DNA from: Octopus sinensis | Lineage: Eukaryota | NCBI RefSeq assembly: GCF_006345805.1 | Contig: NC_043009.1 | Span: 59,520,001-59,584,000, forward strand | Direction: 5' to 3' | Length of the DNA: 64,000 nucleotides | In this document: positions 41,325 to 54,204 of the stretch, one piece after another | Position numbering within the stretch: position 1 is the first letter of the stretch | Layout: each line of letters begins with the position of its first letter | The notes under the pieces: generated by a model | What the model saw: the letters and a program-made list of their open reading frames with translations, nothing else | What the model was told of the DNA's origin: nothing | Database searches by the model: none | Made by a program: the position numbers and the translations under genes

Positions 41325-41745
41325 CTTATCTTGTTCTCCTTGTCCTGTCTCTCACTGTTATATATTTATTTTTCCACTGTTTATATATTATATTTTTACT
41401 TTATATGTTTGTACTGTCGTTACCGTCTTGCTTTTTTTACCCTCTGCGAAAAGATCTCAGAATTTTAATTGATTTGCTTTTCGCAGGAAGGAAGTTTTCT
41501 TCGAAGTATACGTCTCGCTTTTATCCTTCGAAACGTTTAGTAGATGAAACCTTAGCGACTGAAGAAGGGGATTTTTTCGTTGTGCTTATTGTCCTGTATC
41601 TCCTTTTTTTGTTGTTCCTTGGTTTGTGTCTATGTTTTTCGTCTCTCTATGTGTTCGACGTCTTTTTGGTGTCCTGTACACATATATGCGTGTATGTACA
41701 TGTAGAGGTAGGTACGTACATATATGTTTATATAATGCATATGTT
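41325..41745 (+). mobile_element. Repeat family X copy
   Basis: Matches 28795-29255 (reverse complement). Confidence 0.7.
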
Positions 41746-41771
41746 CTATTTTATAACATATTATATATATA

Positions 41772-41809
<38 letters not shown>

Positions 41810-41961
41810 AACCTATCCTGGTGTATGAGTGTTCGACAATTTTTAAATTACTATTGCTTAAAATGAAAATACAGAGAAACGAAATTCGTTATCATTTTTT
41901 TATTTATCTTTTCTTTTTTACCAAACAGGGTCTAATATATGTATCCACACACACACACACA

Positions 41962-42025
<64 letters not shown>

Positions 42026-42112
42026 TATATATATATCAAACTGTATACATTACATCCCAGAATACTACTATTACGACAACATGATTTGTTTATAGTGATC
42101 AAATGCTTGTGC

Positions 42113-42147
<35 letters not shown>

Positions 42148-42150
42148 GAG

Positions 42151-42182
<32 letters not shown>

Positions 42183-42207
42183 CGGCGGATTCCCTACAGT
42201 TTTGAAA

Positions 42208-42540
42208 CGCCTTCAGTCATGACTGACTATAGGATTGCACCTAGAAAGTTACCCTCTCATGTACAAGTCCGGACAAGGTTGTTTATGGAAGACCAGCAGT
42301 CGCCCATGCATACCGGCCTCTCCTCCCCACGCCAACAGTGTTATCCAAGGAAATAGCAAAGGGGCCGATACAGCTTAGCACCTGTGACGTCGCAACACAT
42401 TTCTACAGATGAGTGAACTTGAGCAACGTGAAATAAAGTGTCTTGCTCAAGAACACAACACGCAGTTCGGTCCGGGATTCGAACTCACAACCTCACGATC
42501 GTAAGCTCGACGCTCTAACCACTGAGCCATGCACCTTCAC
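42208..42540 (-). mobile_element. SINE family D
   Basis: Matches 38881-39217. Confidence 0.82.
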
Positions 42541-42810
42541 TCCCTACAGTTACTGTGTACAAAATTCACTCGCAATTACCCGAGTTACCGCGATGCCGCT
42601 TAAGGGGCCAGAAACCGAAACAACTTAGATGCGAAGCGAAATTCTTAACTATACAACCACATCTGCACTCATCTGCAAGAAATTGCACTTATATCCTTCT
42701 CGGTTATTGCTCTACCGCTTTGAAAATATTCACCAGATCTAGTCGATGTCCAAACCACATTTTCTCCTTCCACTTTTCTATCTTCCAACTTTTGGTAATT
42801 GACAGAAAAA

Positions 42811-43412
42811 AAGACGGCGAGGAGGCAGAAACGTTATCACGCCGGGCGAAACGCTTAGCAGTATTTCGTCTGCCGTTACGTTCTGAGTTCAAATTCCGCA
42901 GAAGTTGACTTTGCCTTTCATCTTTTCGGGGTCGATTAAATAAGTACCAGTTACGCACTGGGGTCGATATAATCGACTTAATCCGTTTGTCTGTCCTAGT
43001 TTGCCCTCTCTGTGTTTAGCCCCTTGTGGGTAGCAAAGAAATAGGTATTTCGTCTACCGCTACGTTCTGAGTTCAAATTCCGCCGATGTCGACTTTGCCT
43101 TTCATCCTTTCGGGGTCGATTAAATAAGTACCAGTTATGCACTGGGGTCGATATAATCGACTTAATCCCTTTGTCTGTCCTTGTTTGTCCTCTCTGTGTT
43201 TAGCCCCTTGTAGGTAGTGAAGAAATAGGTATTTCGTCTGCCGCTACGTTCTGAGTTCAAATTCGGCAGAGGTCGACTTCGCCTTTCATCCTTTCGGGGT
43301 CGATAAATTAAGTACCAGTTATGCACTGGGGTCGATGTAATCGACTTAATCCGTTTGTCTGTCCTTGTTTATCACCTCTGTGTTTAGCCCCTCGTGGGTA
43401 GTAAAAAAATAG
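42811..43412 (+). mobile_element. Trimeric SINE B (one head plus two 184-bp head-truncated repeats)
   Basis: Restarts at GTATTTCGTC (43045, 43229) after AAAGAAATAG. Confidence 0.9.
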
Positions 43413-43854
43413 CTAATTTAACAGAAGAATGTCACGGTTCACATTCGTAACGCTTTCTTCCTTAACACCCTCATTAGCTCCATGTTCAGTACATGCAATG
43501 CGAAGGACCTTTGTATAATATTTCAATTTAAAGTGTATTATTAGTTTCAAGCTTTCAACATCTAACATTCCATGATTCGCATTCATAGACTGCAGTTAAA
43601 ATTACTATTGCTTAAAAAGAAAATACAGAAACGAAATTCGTTATCATTTTTTTATTTATCTTTTTTTTTTTTTTTTTACCAAACAGGGTCTAATTTTCAC
43701 TAAAATTTCAGAAGCTGCTGAAAACTGGCACTTCTTTGATCTCAATTTCTCCAATATTGTTTTTTTCAAAATATTTAAATTTGTTTCAGTATTTCTGCTA
43801 TTTCAGTCCGATTTACTACTTTTCTTTTTTTACTTAAGTTTACTCATTGTCATT

Positions 43855-44068
<214 letters not shown>

Positions 44069-44580
44069 TTGTTCTTGACAGCTCTTATTTCCTTTCCATA
44101 TTTTTTTGGTTTCTATTGTATCAAAACATTTTGTTTGATCTATAAGTTCTTCATTATGTCCATTTATAAATGGCATAACAGAGAATTCTGACTTCTCTAC
44201 CTGTGATTTTAGAATTTCATTAAAAATTATTCAGTTTCAATGTCTTCTGCGATTTGTATTCTCCAGAAACACGTTAAGAAAAATGGCAGCGTCTATGTGA
44301 ACAAACACCTCCTTGTATGACTCCAGCTGTTGTTTAATAATACTTACCTCAACTACGAACCTAAGATCAAGGATTTACACGTTGATATTACAACTTCTAC
44401 TTCTTTTACTTCTGGTTTCAACTTAAAACCGTTAATCCGAACGCAAACTGCTTCCAGAAGATGCTCATTAATCCAAAACACAGGCAGAAATCTCTACAGC
44501 ATGAACCGCACCACGAGATCATATGCCCTTACGAGATCTACGAAACAAATGTACACCTCTTAGCAATATTTCCACGATTT

Positions 44581-44883
44581 AAGACGGCGAGCTGGCAGAG
44601 TCATTAGCACGCCGGGCGAAATTCTTAGCTGTATTTCGTCTGTCGCTACGTTCTGAGTTCAAATTCCGCCGAGGTCGACTTTGCCTTCATCCTTTCGGAG
44701 TCGATTAAATAAGTACCAGTTACGCACTGGGGTTGATAAAATCAATTTAATCCGTGTATCTGTCCTTGTTTGTCCTCTCTGTGTTTAGCCCCTTGTAAGT
44801 AGTAAAGGAATAGGTATTTTGCCCGTCGCTACGTTCTGAGTTCAAATTCCACCGAGGTCGACTTTGCCTTTCATCATTTCGGG
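44581..44883 (+). mobile_element. SINE B with a partial second unit (same junction type as the trimer)
   Basis: Restart at 44814 after AAAGGAATAG. Confidence 0.85.
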
Positions 44884-44889
44884 CTGTAT

Positions 44890-44937
<48 letters not shown>

Positions 44938-46087
44938 TATGTATACGAAAGAACAAATTTTTCCACCCGCATGGTTGAAGATCGGGGTCTTAAGATATAA
45001 CTTCTGCATTCCATTTGTTACCCCTTCATGCTTTCTTCTGGATCAAAATGGTCGTTGGGGCCCGATTTCTCTTTCAACCCGATTTATTGTTTGGGTTTAC
45101 ACTCCTAACCTATGACTTCAAACAGAAGCACTCACAAGCAGGAAGTGTTTATACTCAATGCTGCCCTACCTTCTTGGCTGGTTATTTTCCATATCCATCG
45201 AGTCCAATCGACTGCCGAACTATACCCGCTGGAGCCGGTGTAAAGTTGACACGCGGCGCTTTTCGAAAGCACCACCTTGTTTCTGTATACGTGTGTACGT
45301 ATACGCATGTGCATGTATATGTGTGCGTGTACATGCGTGTGAGTGTGCTTGCGTATGTGGGGCGGTGCATGAGTGTTTCTATGTATGCTTGTCCCCCACT
45401 CTCTCTGTTGATTCGGGAATTAGAGACGGTAGATTAAATTACAAGAGTTAATGTAAGCACAGAAGTCGGCTAAATTCATCAAGGTGTTGCTACAGCTTGG
45501 CTGCAGTTCAACGACTGAAACAAATATAAGTACATTCACACACAAGCATACTATTACACAAACACACACACACACACCTACGTTCGCGCGCGCACACGCA
45601 CGCACGTGCGCATACGTGTGTATATATATATGCTTATATGATATATGTATGCGGGGGAGAGATGTAGATACGTATATGAATGCGTGAGTGTGTATGTGTG
45701 AATGGGTGCATATAAGCATAGATATGTATATGTCCATGTGTGCGTGTATGTGTGAGTGCGTGTGTATGTGTGTGTGTGTCTGTGTTTTCTAGATATGTTA
45801 TCTGTGTGAATGTTCCTCCGTTCATTAGACTTCGAATTTAATTGTTTGTCATTAATCTCTGTAAATAAAATGCATCGTCATCCTCGATTGACAGCATATA
45901 TGCATTTATGATGGTATATGTGTGAGTGTATTCAAGTATATACATGTATATGCACACACACACACACATGCACTTGCACATATACACACAGACACGCAAA
46001 TGCACACACATACACAAACATTTGTACAACCGTTCTGTGTAGACTGTTATTCAGTGTCCGTTGCTTTCATAATATATTTTTAATTAT

Positions 46088-46358
46088 AAGGTGGCGAAGC
46101 TGGCAGAAACGTTAGCACGCCGGGCGAAATGCGTAGCGGTATCTCATCTGTCTTTTCGTTCTGAGTTCAAAATCTCGAGAAGTACGTGGAACAAATAGGG
46201 GCTGCAATAAGGATGGAACACTTGCAGAAAACAGCACTGCTTGGAACCGCTCGAATACTCCTGAAGGTGCTCGAAAACTAAGAGGTGTTATCTTAAATCT
46301 CTGGTAGTGAACAGCTGACACCATAGTACATTTCCAGCAATAGAAGCTATGCAAAGCA
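46088..46358 (+). mobile_element. Chimera of a SINE B head (46088-46168) and an R4/Dong-like 3' end
   Basis: NLEKYVEQIGAAIRMEHLQKTALLGTARILLKVLEN*; same family as 20850-21290; ends in (GAT/AAT)n. Confidence 0.8.
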
Positions 46359-46388
46359 ATGATAATAATGATGATAATGATGATGATG

Positions 46389-46430
<42 letters not shown>

Positions 46431-46434
<4 letters not shown>

Positions 46435-46934
46435 GATGGGCTACAGCTAAAAAGATGGGCTACAGCATAAAAGACGGGCTACAGCAAATATTCTGCTCAA
46501 TACCACAGATTTGCTTGTCAGTTGTTTGAGCTTAACCAGTTGAGCATGTCCCTTAGTGGCTGACGATATGTGCATCTCTGATCACGAGCAGAAGTAGTGG
46601 GGGAGCATCATAGCTATGTGTTGAGAGGGATTCTTTGGGGTTTGAATAGTTCACCTCTGGAAACATGGGTGGTTCTTTCAACATCCTTAAGCAACCCTTA
46701 TTCAGGGACCGTTTGAGCGGGATGGGCTACTCAACCTGAAGAAAATTCTAACTGGGCCCCACCTGCAAGGTCATGTGCTGTTTATTTTGATATGAGATCA
46801 CCATGTCGCGCACATATGGTTGTGATGCATGTGCCTGGTGTACCTTTATCAGACGGGTAGTCATGATGGGTATATTGGGCTTCGTATATTTTACCCCAGT
46901 GTCACTTTGATGGCATGAACTGCTCTCTCACTCA
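46431..46934 (-). mobile_element. ~500-bp non-coding element embedded in (TAA)n with terminal 18-19-bp tandem repeats
   Basis: (AAT)n on both sides; three copies of AAAAGA(T/C)GGGCTACAGC at 46431-46485; no ORF and no clear Pol III boxes. Confidence 0.6.
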
Positions 46935-47030
46935 ATAATAATAATAATAATAATGATGATGATTTCAAATCATTATTTGAAGAAGGAGGAGGAAGAGAAG
47001 TATATTTTTGTTGCTGTTGTTGCTAGCTAC

Positions 47031-47109
<79 letters not shown>

Positions 47110-47751
47110 TTGTAATTAATATTTTGTTAATCATTTTTGACAAGTAATATCTTTACTAACTTTCGCTAAATTTAGTTGTAGGAACTAGAACACTTCTCAA
47201 GCTTATACGACAGCCGTCTGTAGTCACTCTTTAAAAGTTCTATGAAATTCCACTCGTGTATATATGTGTATATACCCCACACAAATACACATATAGACAT
47301 ACCTAGATGCACTCAAACATGCATACATACATACATACATACATACATACATACATACATACATACATACATACATACACACACACATACGTAAATGCAT
47401 TTATACGCATGCATTTATAATATTTAAAATTAATTAATTAATCGCAATTACTTAATCCCGGCGCCTATCAAATTTCATTTCTACTGTGTTACCACGTGTT
47501 ACTCCAAAGAGATTTGTTCCGGAAGTCAACATAAAAAAAACACCCACGTGATGAATGGCGGGGGTTCAGATTTTCAAACATCGATCATAGAAACTGCATG
47601 AGGCCTCCTGGACTTACTGACGCAGCCATTCAGACGGTACAGAAATTGTATGTGACCTGCAGAGGGCGACTTATGAAGTCATTGCTCCTTCGTAATTGAA
47701 ATCGTGGTGATAATGTTTTCAAACCGTCCTACTACAACTACTACTACTACA

Positions 47752-47798
<47 letters not shown>

Positions 47799-47799
47799 T

Positions 47800-47830
<31 letters not shown>

Positions 47831-47879
47831 GATAATAATAAGAAGAAGAACAACAACAACACTAATAATAATAATAATG

Positions 47880-47937
<58 letters not shown>

Positions 47938-47996
47938 TAATAATAATAATAATAATAATAATATAATAATAATAATACGACGATGACGATAACTAT

Positions 47997-48229
47997 GGCA
48001 GCGAGCTGGCAAAAGCGTTAGAAACTCCGAACAAAGTGCTTAGCGGCATTTCGTCCGTCTTTACGTTCTGTGTTCAATTTCCGCCGAGGTCGACTTTGCC
48101 TTTAATCTTTTCGGGGTCGATAAAGTAAGTACCAGTTGAGTAATGGCGTTCATGTTATCGACTCGTCTCCTCCCCCAGAATTTCAGGTTTCGTGCCTATA
48201 GTAGAAAGAGTTATTATTATTATCATTAA

Positions 48230-48263
<34 letters not shown>

Positions 48264-48269
48264 TTATTA

Positions 48270-48302
<33 letters not shown>

Positions 48303-48555
48303 CATCATCATTATCATTATCATCACCATCATCATCATTAAGGCGACGAGCTTATAGAATCGTTAGCAAACCGGACGAAATGGTTAGCGGCATTTCGTTC
48401 GTGTTCACGTTCTGAGTTCAAATTCTGCCGAGGTCGGCTTTGCCTTTCATCCTTTCGGGGTCGATACAATAGATACCAGTTGAGTACTGGGGTTGATGTA
48501 AACTACTTGTCCCCTCCCCCACAAAATCTATGTCTTATGCTTGTAGTAGAAAGGA
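47997..48555 (+). mobile_element. Two SINE B copies (47997-48212, 48340-48555) in (AAT)/(ATT) arrays
   Basis: Matches other copies. Confidence 0.85.
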
Positions 48556-48582
48556 TTATTATTATTATATTATTATTATTAT

Positions 48583-48759
48583 TCTATGTTTGACTTTTGC
48601 TTTATGTCTGTACAAGTTGGCTCCAAGTCTCACCCAGAGACCTCAAGAGACAACAGGGTTGGAAGTTCTGTGCCATATATTTGGGTTGTTTTGTTTTTTT
48701 TTTGTTGTTGTACTAGTGAATGTCTAATACATAAAAATAAGAAATAAATTAATTAATTA

Positions 48760-48808
<49 letters not shown>

Positions 48809-49402
48809 TAAATTTTTAAAAATAAATAAAAAAAATAAATAAATAAACAAAAAAGTTTGTTTTAAACCTTGGGATTACATAGAGAGTATTTTGCGTAGGA
48901 TATGAGCAGTTCCCATGAGCACTATCTTTTGAATTTCTGCCATTTTGGGGTTTCCTGGTATCTGAGTTAGGTAGCAATCAGTCCCTTTCGCTATCATTCC
49001 CAGGGCACCTATGACAACAGGTATTGTTTTAGTCTTCAGCTTCCACATTTTGCTGATTTCTATTTCAAGATCTTTATATTTGCTCAGTTTTTGGTAGGTC
49101 TTGACAGATACGTTTATATCGATTGGGACAGCCATATCAATGAGGAGGCATGTTCTTTGTCTGAAGTTTTCAATATAATGTCTGGCCTATTTGCATCTAT
49201 CTTCTCTCCTGTCCTTTTGAATGGTGAAGTTCCAGAGGAGTGAGATGTGGTCATTTTCAAGCACAGGAGGTGGATTGTGTTCCACCATTTTTTACATGGA
49301 GCAAATCCAGTTTTTGCAAATTACCCAGTGAATATATTGTGCAGCTCTATCATGCCTACTGAGGTACTCTGTAGGCGCTAGAAGACTGCATTTGGAGACA
49401 AC
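48583..49402 (-). mobile_element. 5'-truncated R4/Dong-like LINE (knuckle tail, RLE domain, 3'UTR) inserted in (TAA)n
   Basis: SKCSLLAPTEYLSRHDRAAQYIHWVIC; IDANRPDIIL/CLLIDMAVPID...KLSKYKDLEIEISKMW...VVIGALG...GTAHILRKILSM* (stop at 48875); TAA repeats at both ends. Confidence 0.9.
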
Positions 49403-49719
49403 ATTATTATTATTATTATTATTATTATCATTATTATTATTATTATTATTATTATCTTCGTAACACCGGGAGCTGATATTTCTAAGACGGCACATCGATC
49501 CTGGACTCCTTGGCAACTCCATAAGCAACTCGTCTCCATAAGCAACTAGTGAATACATATTTAATGACCGAATATTTAAATGAGGTTTTAATTACCTTCA
49601 CAATTAGCCGAGAATGTTAATTATCACGTAAATCATCTCTTGGACGGGTCATGTGTGAGCAAGGCAGTTTAGTTCTCACGAACCATAGAATTGTTGCGAC
49701 GTCACCACCACGCTACTAT

Positions 49720-49750
<31 letters not shown>

Positions 49751-50254
49751 GCCACTGGCATCACTATTACAGTGATAATGACACTATATATCAACAGTGT
49801 CACTGTTCCTACGCGGAAGACAATCCCTACCACTACTATACTATATATATATACATTATGTGTGTGTTTCTTCTCAACCCATACCTTGCTCATATATATA
49901 TATATATATATAATTTAAATAATAAGAGTGAAAAAGTGAATATTAATTTGATTAATACCAAGTGACCTAACATACTAGTGGCCTAACATATTGAAAAATC
50001 TGAAGATGCATATACGAGGGATGACCACTAAGTGGGCATCCATTATGCTAGATGTAGACTCCCTATGGTCTGACCACCAAGAAAAGACTATTCTCAAGAA
50101 AATTCAGCAAACGCCAGAACGTAAGCAAGCAAGACAAATGAAAAGATTTAAAATATAAAGATATAAAGATATATACATACATATAAAAACTTACTTGGAG
50201 AAGAGAAAACAACGCGTGCGTTTAGTCATATAATAGCAATTTAATAAATAAAAC

Positions 50255-50620
50255 ATGCATATATACATACGTATATGTACATACCTACATCTATATGTAT
50301 ATATACATGCATATATGAGTACAGGACACCACAAATAAACGTAGAACACAACGAGAAACAAAAACATAAAATCAAACAAGGAAACGGACTTTTTTTTTAA
50401 CAACGAAAAAAACAGAGTACAGGACAAACAATACAAGGAAAATTCTCCTTCAAATCCCCTGTTTCGACTCAATGCGTATTTCGAAGGTAAGGGCAGAACA
50501 CGATCTGGCCGGAACAGTCCTTCCTGCAAAAGGAATTAAGTAAAATTCTTTTGCAGAGGGGTAAAACAAGTGACAAGAACAGGACGTAAAAGCAATACAA
50601 ATGAAGAAAAAACAGTACAA
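50255..50620 (-). mobile_element. Repeat family X copy
   Basis: Matches other copies. Confidence 0.7.
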
Positions 50621-50787
50621 ATAGATGTACATATAGATGTACAGTACATATAGATGTAGGTATGTACATATATGTATGTATATATGCATATGTTTTATTA
50701 ATTAAATTGTTATTATATACATACATATGTATGTATGTATGTATGTATGTATGTGTATGTGTGTGTGCCCATTTCCATATATATATA

Positions 50788-51010
50788 TACTCTTTTATAC
50801 TTTTACTTGTTTCAGTCAATTGGTTGCAGCCATGCTGAGGCATTGCCTTTAAGTCGAACAAATCGACCCCAGGACTTATTCTTTGTAAGCCTACTACTTA
50901 TTCTATCTGTCTCTTCTGCTGAACCGCTAAGTTACGGGAACATCGGTTGTCAAGCGATGGTGGGGGACAAACACAAATGCACAAACATACATACACACAC
51001 ATATGTATGT

Positions 51011-51059
<49 letters not shown>

Positions 51060-51220
51060 TATATATATATATTTGATATATATATATACGACCCGCTTCC
51101 TTCAGTTTCCGTCTACCAAATCTACTCACAAACTTTGGTCGACCCGAGGCTATAGTAGAAGACACTTGCAGAAGGTGCCACGCAGTGGGACTGAACCTGG
51201 AAGCATGTGGTTGCTAAGCA
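50788..51220 (-). mobile_element. SINE family A
   Basis: Matches other copies. Confidence 0.82.
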
Positions 51221-51316
51221 AATCACATACCCTCGAACTGTGGGTCTTACCGCTTTTTTTCCTTTCAACGAAAATATTTGAAAACAATATATACATACGC
51301 ACACGTATAAACAGTC

Positions 51317-51398
<82 letters not shown>

Positions 51399-51644
51399 GA
51401 TGACAGGGCTAGTAGTCTGCTGATGCTGGTGGTGGGGGTTGGTGATGGGCTTGGCGGTTGTTGTCATCGTCGTATTGGTGATCGTGGTGTTTATATTTTC
51501 GGTTGGGAGCACACTTCGTCTCTCAATCCAGAAGACAACCACCGTCCTCACCACCACCACCACCACCACCACCACTACCAATGGCACTGGCAGCATTCCA
51601 CATCTGTTGCTCACTCTACCACCTGTACTACAATATTGAGCATT

Positions 51645-51790
51645 CAGTCCCCTTGGGGTCTAAAGAGGGAAAGGGAGGGGTGGAGAAGCAGTCAGTCCCC
51701 TTGGGGTCTAAAGAGGGAAAGGGGGGATGGAGAAGCAGTCAGTCCCCTTGGGGCCCAAAGAGGGAAAGGGAGGGGTGGAGAAGCAGTCAG
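51645..51790. repeat. 47-48-bp G-rich minisatellite x3
   Basis: CAGTCCCCTTGGGGTCTAAAGAGGGAAAGGGAGGGGTGGAGAAGCAGT at 51645, 51693 and 51740. Confidence 0.95.
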
Positions 51791-51907
51791 TCAGTACATT
51801 CGAAATGTCATTTAAAATAAACTCACCAAGTTTGTGTTTTACTAAAAACATAAACTTCTTAACTTACTAATGACGTTCACTGCGAGCAGTTGACAGCATT
51901 TACCTCG

Positions 51908-51989
51908 ATTCTTCTTCTTCTTTTTCTTCTTTTTCTTTTTCTTCTTTTTCTTCTTCTTCTCTTCTTCTTCTTCTTCTTCTTCTTCTTCT

Positions 51990-52036
<47 letters not shown>

Positions 52037-52095
52037 TTCTTCTTCTTCTTCTTCTTCTTCTTCTTCTTCTTCTTCTTCTTCTTCTCATTATTATT

Positions 52096-52135
<40 letters not shown>

Positions 52136-52150
52136 GTTATTATTATTATT
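51908..52150. repeat. (TTC)n/(GTT)n/(ATT)n compound microsatellite
   Basis: Direct inspection. Confidence 0.95.
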
Positions 52151-52161
52151 ATTCGTGTTGT

Positions 52162-52373
52162 AGGCAGGGAATTGGCAGAATCGTTAGCACGCTGGACGAA
52201 ATGCTTAGCGGTATTTCACCCGTCGCTACGTTCTGAGTTCAAATTTCACCGATTCGACTTTGCGTTTCATCATTTTGGGGTCGATAAATTAAGTACTAGT
52301 GAAATTCTGGGGTCGACGTAATCGACTATTCAACTCCCCCAAAACTCCAGGCCTTGTGCCTATAATAGACAGG

Positions 52374-52427
<54 letters not shown>

Positions 52428-52640
52428 TTATTATTATTATTATTATTATTTTTGGCTTCAGTCATTTGACTGCGGCCATTCTGGAGCACCGCCTTTTGTC
52501 GAACAATCGACCTCAGTATTCTTTGTAAGCCTAGTACTTATTCTATCGGTCTCTTTTGCCGAACCACTAAGTTACGGGGACATAAACACACCAATATCGT
52601 TTATTAAGCAATGATGCGGGACAAACACAGACACACACGC

Positions 52641-52645
<5 letters not shown>
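52162..52645. mobile_element. SINE B (+, 52162-52375) and SINE A tail (-, 52455-52645) around (ATT)n
   Basis: Matches other copies. Confidence 0.8.
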
Positions 52646-52686
<41 letters not shown>

Positions 52687-52929
52687 AGTCTGAGCTTATC
52701 GTAAGTATTTGTACCTGCGACAAATACAATAGTTGTCACAGCGCCGTCTGTTTCCTCGTTTGAGGCAGGTCTAAGTGCTTACCTCTTGTTAAGTGTGAGT
52801 CTCGCCTAGCGCGTTCACTGCTCTGCACAGAAATTAGTTGCCTGTTATCTCTAGAATATACAAAGATGCTCCCAAATGGTCGTTGTATAATACTGTTCCC
52901 GACAGAGTCGATTATCTAATTACACTCTT

Positions 52930-53600
52930 TCGGTATGTCCCGATTCCGAGAAGGCACAGATAACAAAAATACCTCTCATGACTCGCGATACATGCTACCG
53001 AAAACACACTGCACCATTGTTATATTTTCACCTCGAAGACACCTGTTTGATATAATTCGACAGTTCATGATAGGACACCCAATCGTTAATGGGTCGCGAC
53101 GTAAATCCTACGCACATATTTCTATGCACAAATGGATTGGATCGACAGCTGTAGAGCTGCGAATTCCTAACTCCTTCACTATAAAACAAAATTGTGATTA
53201 CTTGATAATATGGACGCCGCTCGGGCGCGAAAGATTGACCGTTATGTAAACCTCCTGTGAAGACGCAGGCTGGAAAGCAGAGCATTTTCCAATCGAAGTC
53301 GGATGTAGAGGATTCTTTGGACACAGTGTGAGACGACTATTATTATCGTTAGGCCTATCTCATCGTAAAGTCAATACCACCATGACCGATATCCAAACTA
53401 CAGTGGAGAAGGCTAGCCACTGGATTTGGTTAAAAAGAGACGATGAGCGATGGCTAGAAGAATATTGAGCTTTATTTGATAACCAGCTGATCTAGCAAGC
53501 GGAGCCTCATATCAGTGAAGGGGGACCGGTGCGAATTGATGCCGTCGAGAGGTAGGCCCCGAAACTGCATGCATTCTCTCCTGATGGCTTCCGGTATGCG
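52930..53600 (+). mobile_element. Decayed HERO-like RLE non-LTR retrotransposon 3' end
   Basis: 53210-53468: MDAARARKIDRYVNLL/CEDAGWKAEHFPIEVGCRGFFGHSVRRLLLSLG...VEKASHWIWLKRD*; EVGCRGF and ASxWIW are HERO-type C-terminal motifs from recall; outer boundaries uncertain. Confidence 0.75.
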
Positions 53601-53644
53601 GAGTTTTTGACTGGTAGCACTTGCATGTGCAAGTTGTTTGCAAG

Positions 53645-53948
53645 ACATCAGAGGAATACGAAAACAGAATCACGATCTTAAGCGGAAGCATGCTCCTAGC
53701 AGCCATGTATCTTTTCTCACAAAAACAGACTCAGGTTATTTACTCTCGCTGCTGTGCCAACCGCAAAATAGGGTTAGCCGTGGTATGTACTTTCATGCTC
53801 ATTACATGTTGCCTCCGACACAGTTTCTTCTTTCGCTTAACACTTTTCAGGCGCAACTGTTAATGACATTCCCATGGAAACAGACAAATGCGACTTCCGC
53901 TATGTGGGAAACAGAAACTGCCGATTGGTTAAAATTTCAGAATTTTAA
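53645..53948 (+). CDS. Candidate exon pair (53645-53782, 53851 onward) around a 68-nt GT-AG intron; product unknown
   Basis: G|GTATGT donor; CTTAAC branch and CTTTTCAG acceptor; spliced frame reads DIRGIRKQNHDLKRKH...QNRVSR-GATVNDIPMETDKCDFRYVGNRNCR. Confidence 0.3.
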
Positions 53949-54204
53949 AGACTTGTAAAGAAAATGAATGTGATTTTCGTCGGCAGCATACAAAAACTAC
54001 ATCAGTGGGGGGGGGGGAATTTGGAAAAAATCTGACGGCAGGAAAAATTGTAAAACGATTCCACAAAAGCTTCCTGTTGCTGCTGCTGTTTCAGTTGTTG
54101 TTGTTGCTGTTGTTGTTGCTGCTATTGTTGCTTCTTGTTATTTCCCGTAAATGTTATTGTTACTCTTATTTCCATGTTGTTATTGTTGTTGTTCTTACTA
54201 ATGA

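Noticed and set aside
44348-44540. Minus-strand exon with strong splice sites (LPVFWINE, CD36-like)
   Set aside because: Every frame has a stop before the donor; at most a non-coding exon.
45165-45260. CUB-like peptide on the minus strand (TGSSGY...WIWKITSQEG)
   Set aside because: Spacing and cysteines do not fit a CUB domain.
46555-46600. CTGACGA hammerhead core in the orphan element
   Set aside because: No GAAA after a credible stem II.
53530-53590. Hammerhead in the HERO-like 3'UTR
   Set aside because: The core reads TTGATGC, and stems I and III do not pair.
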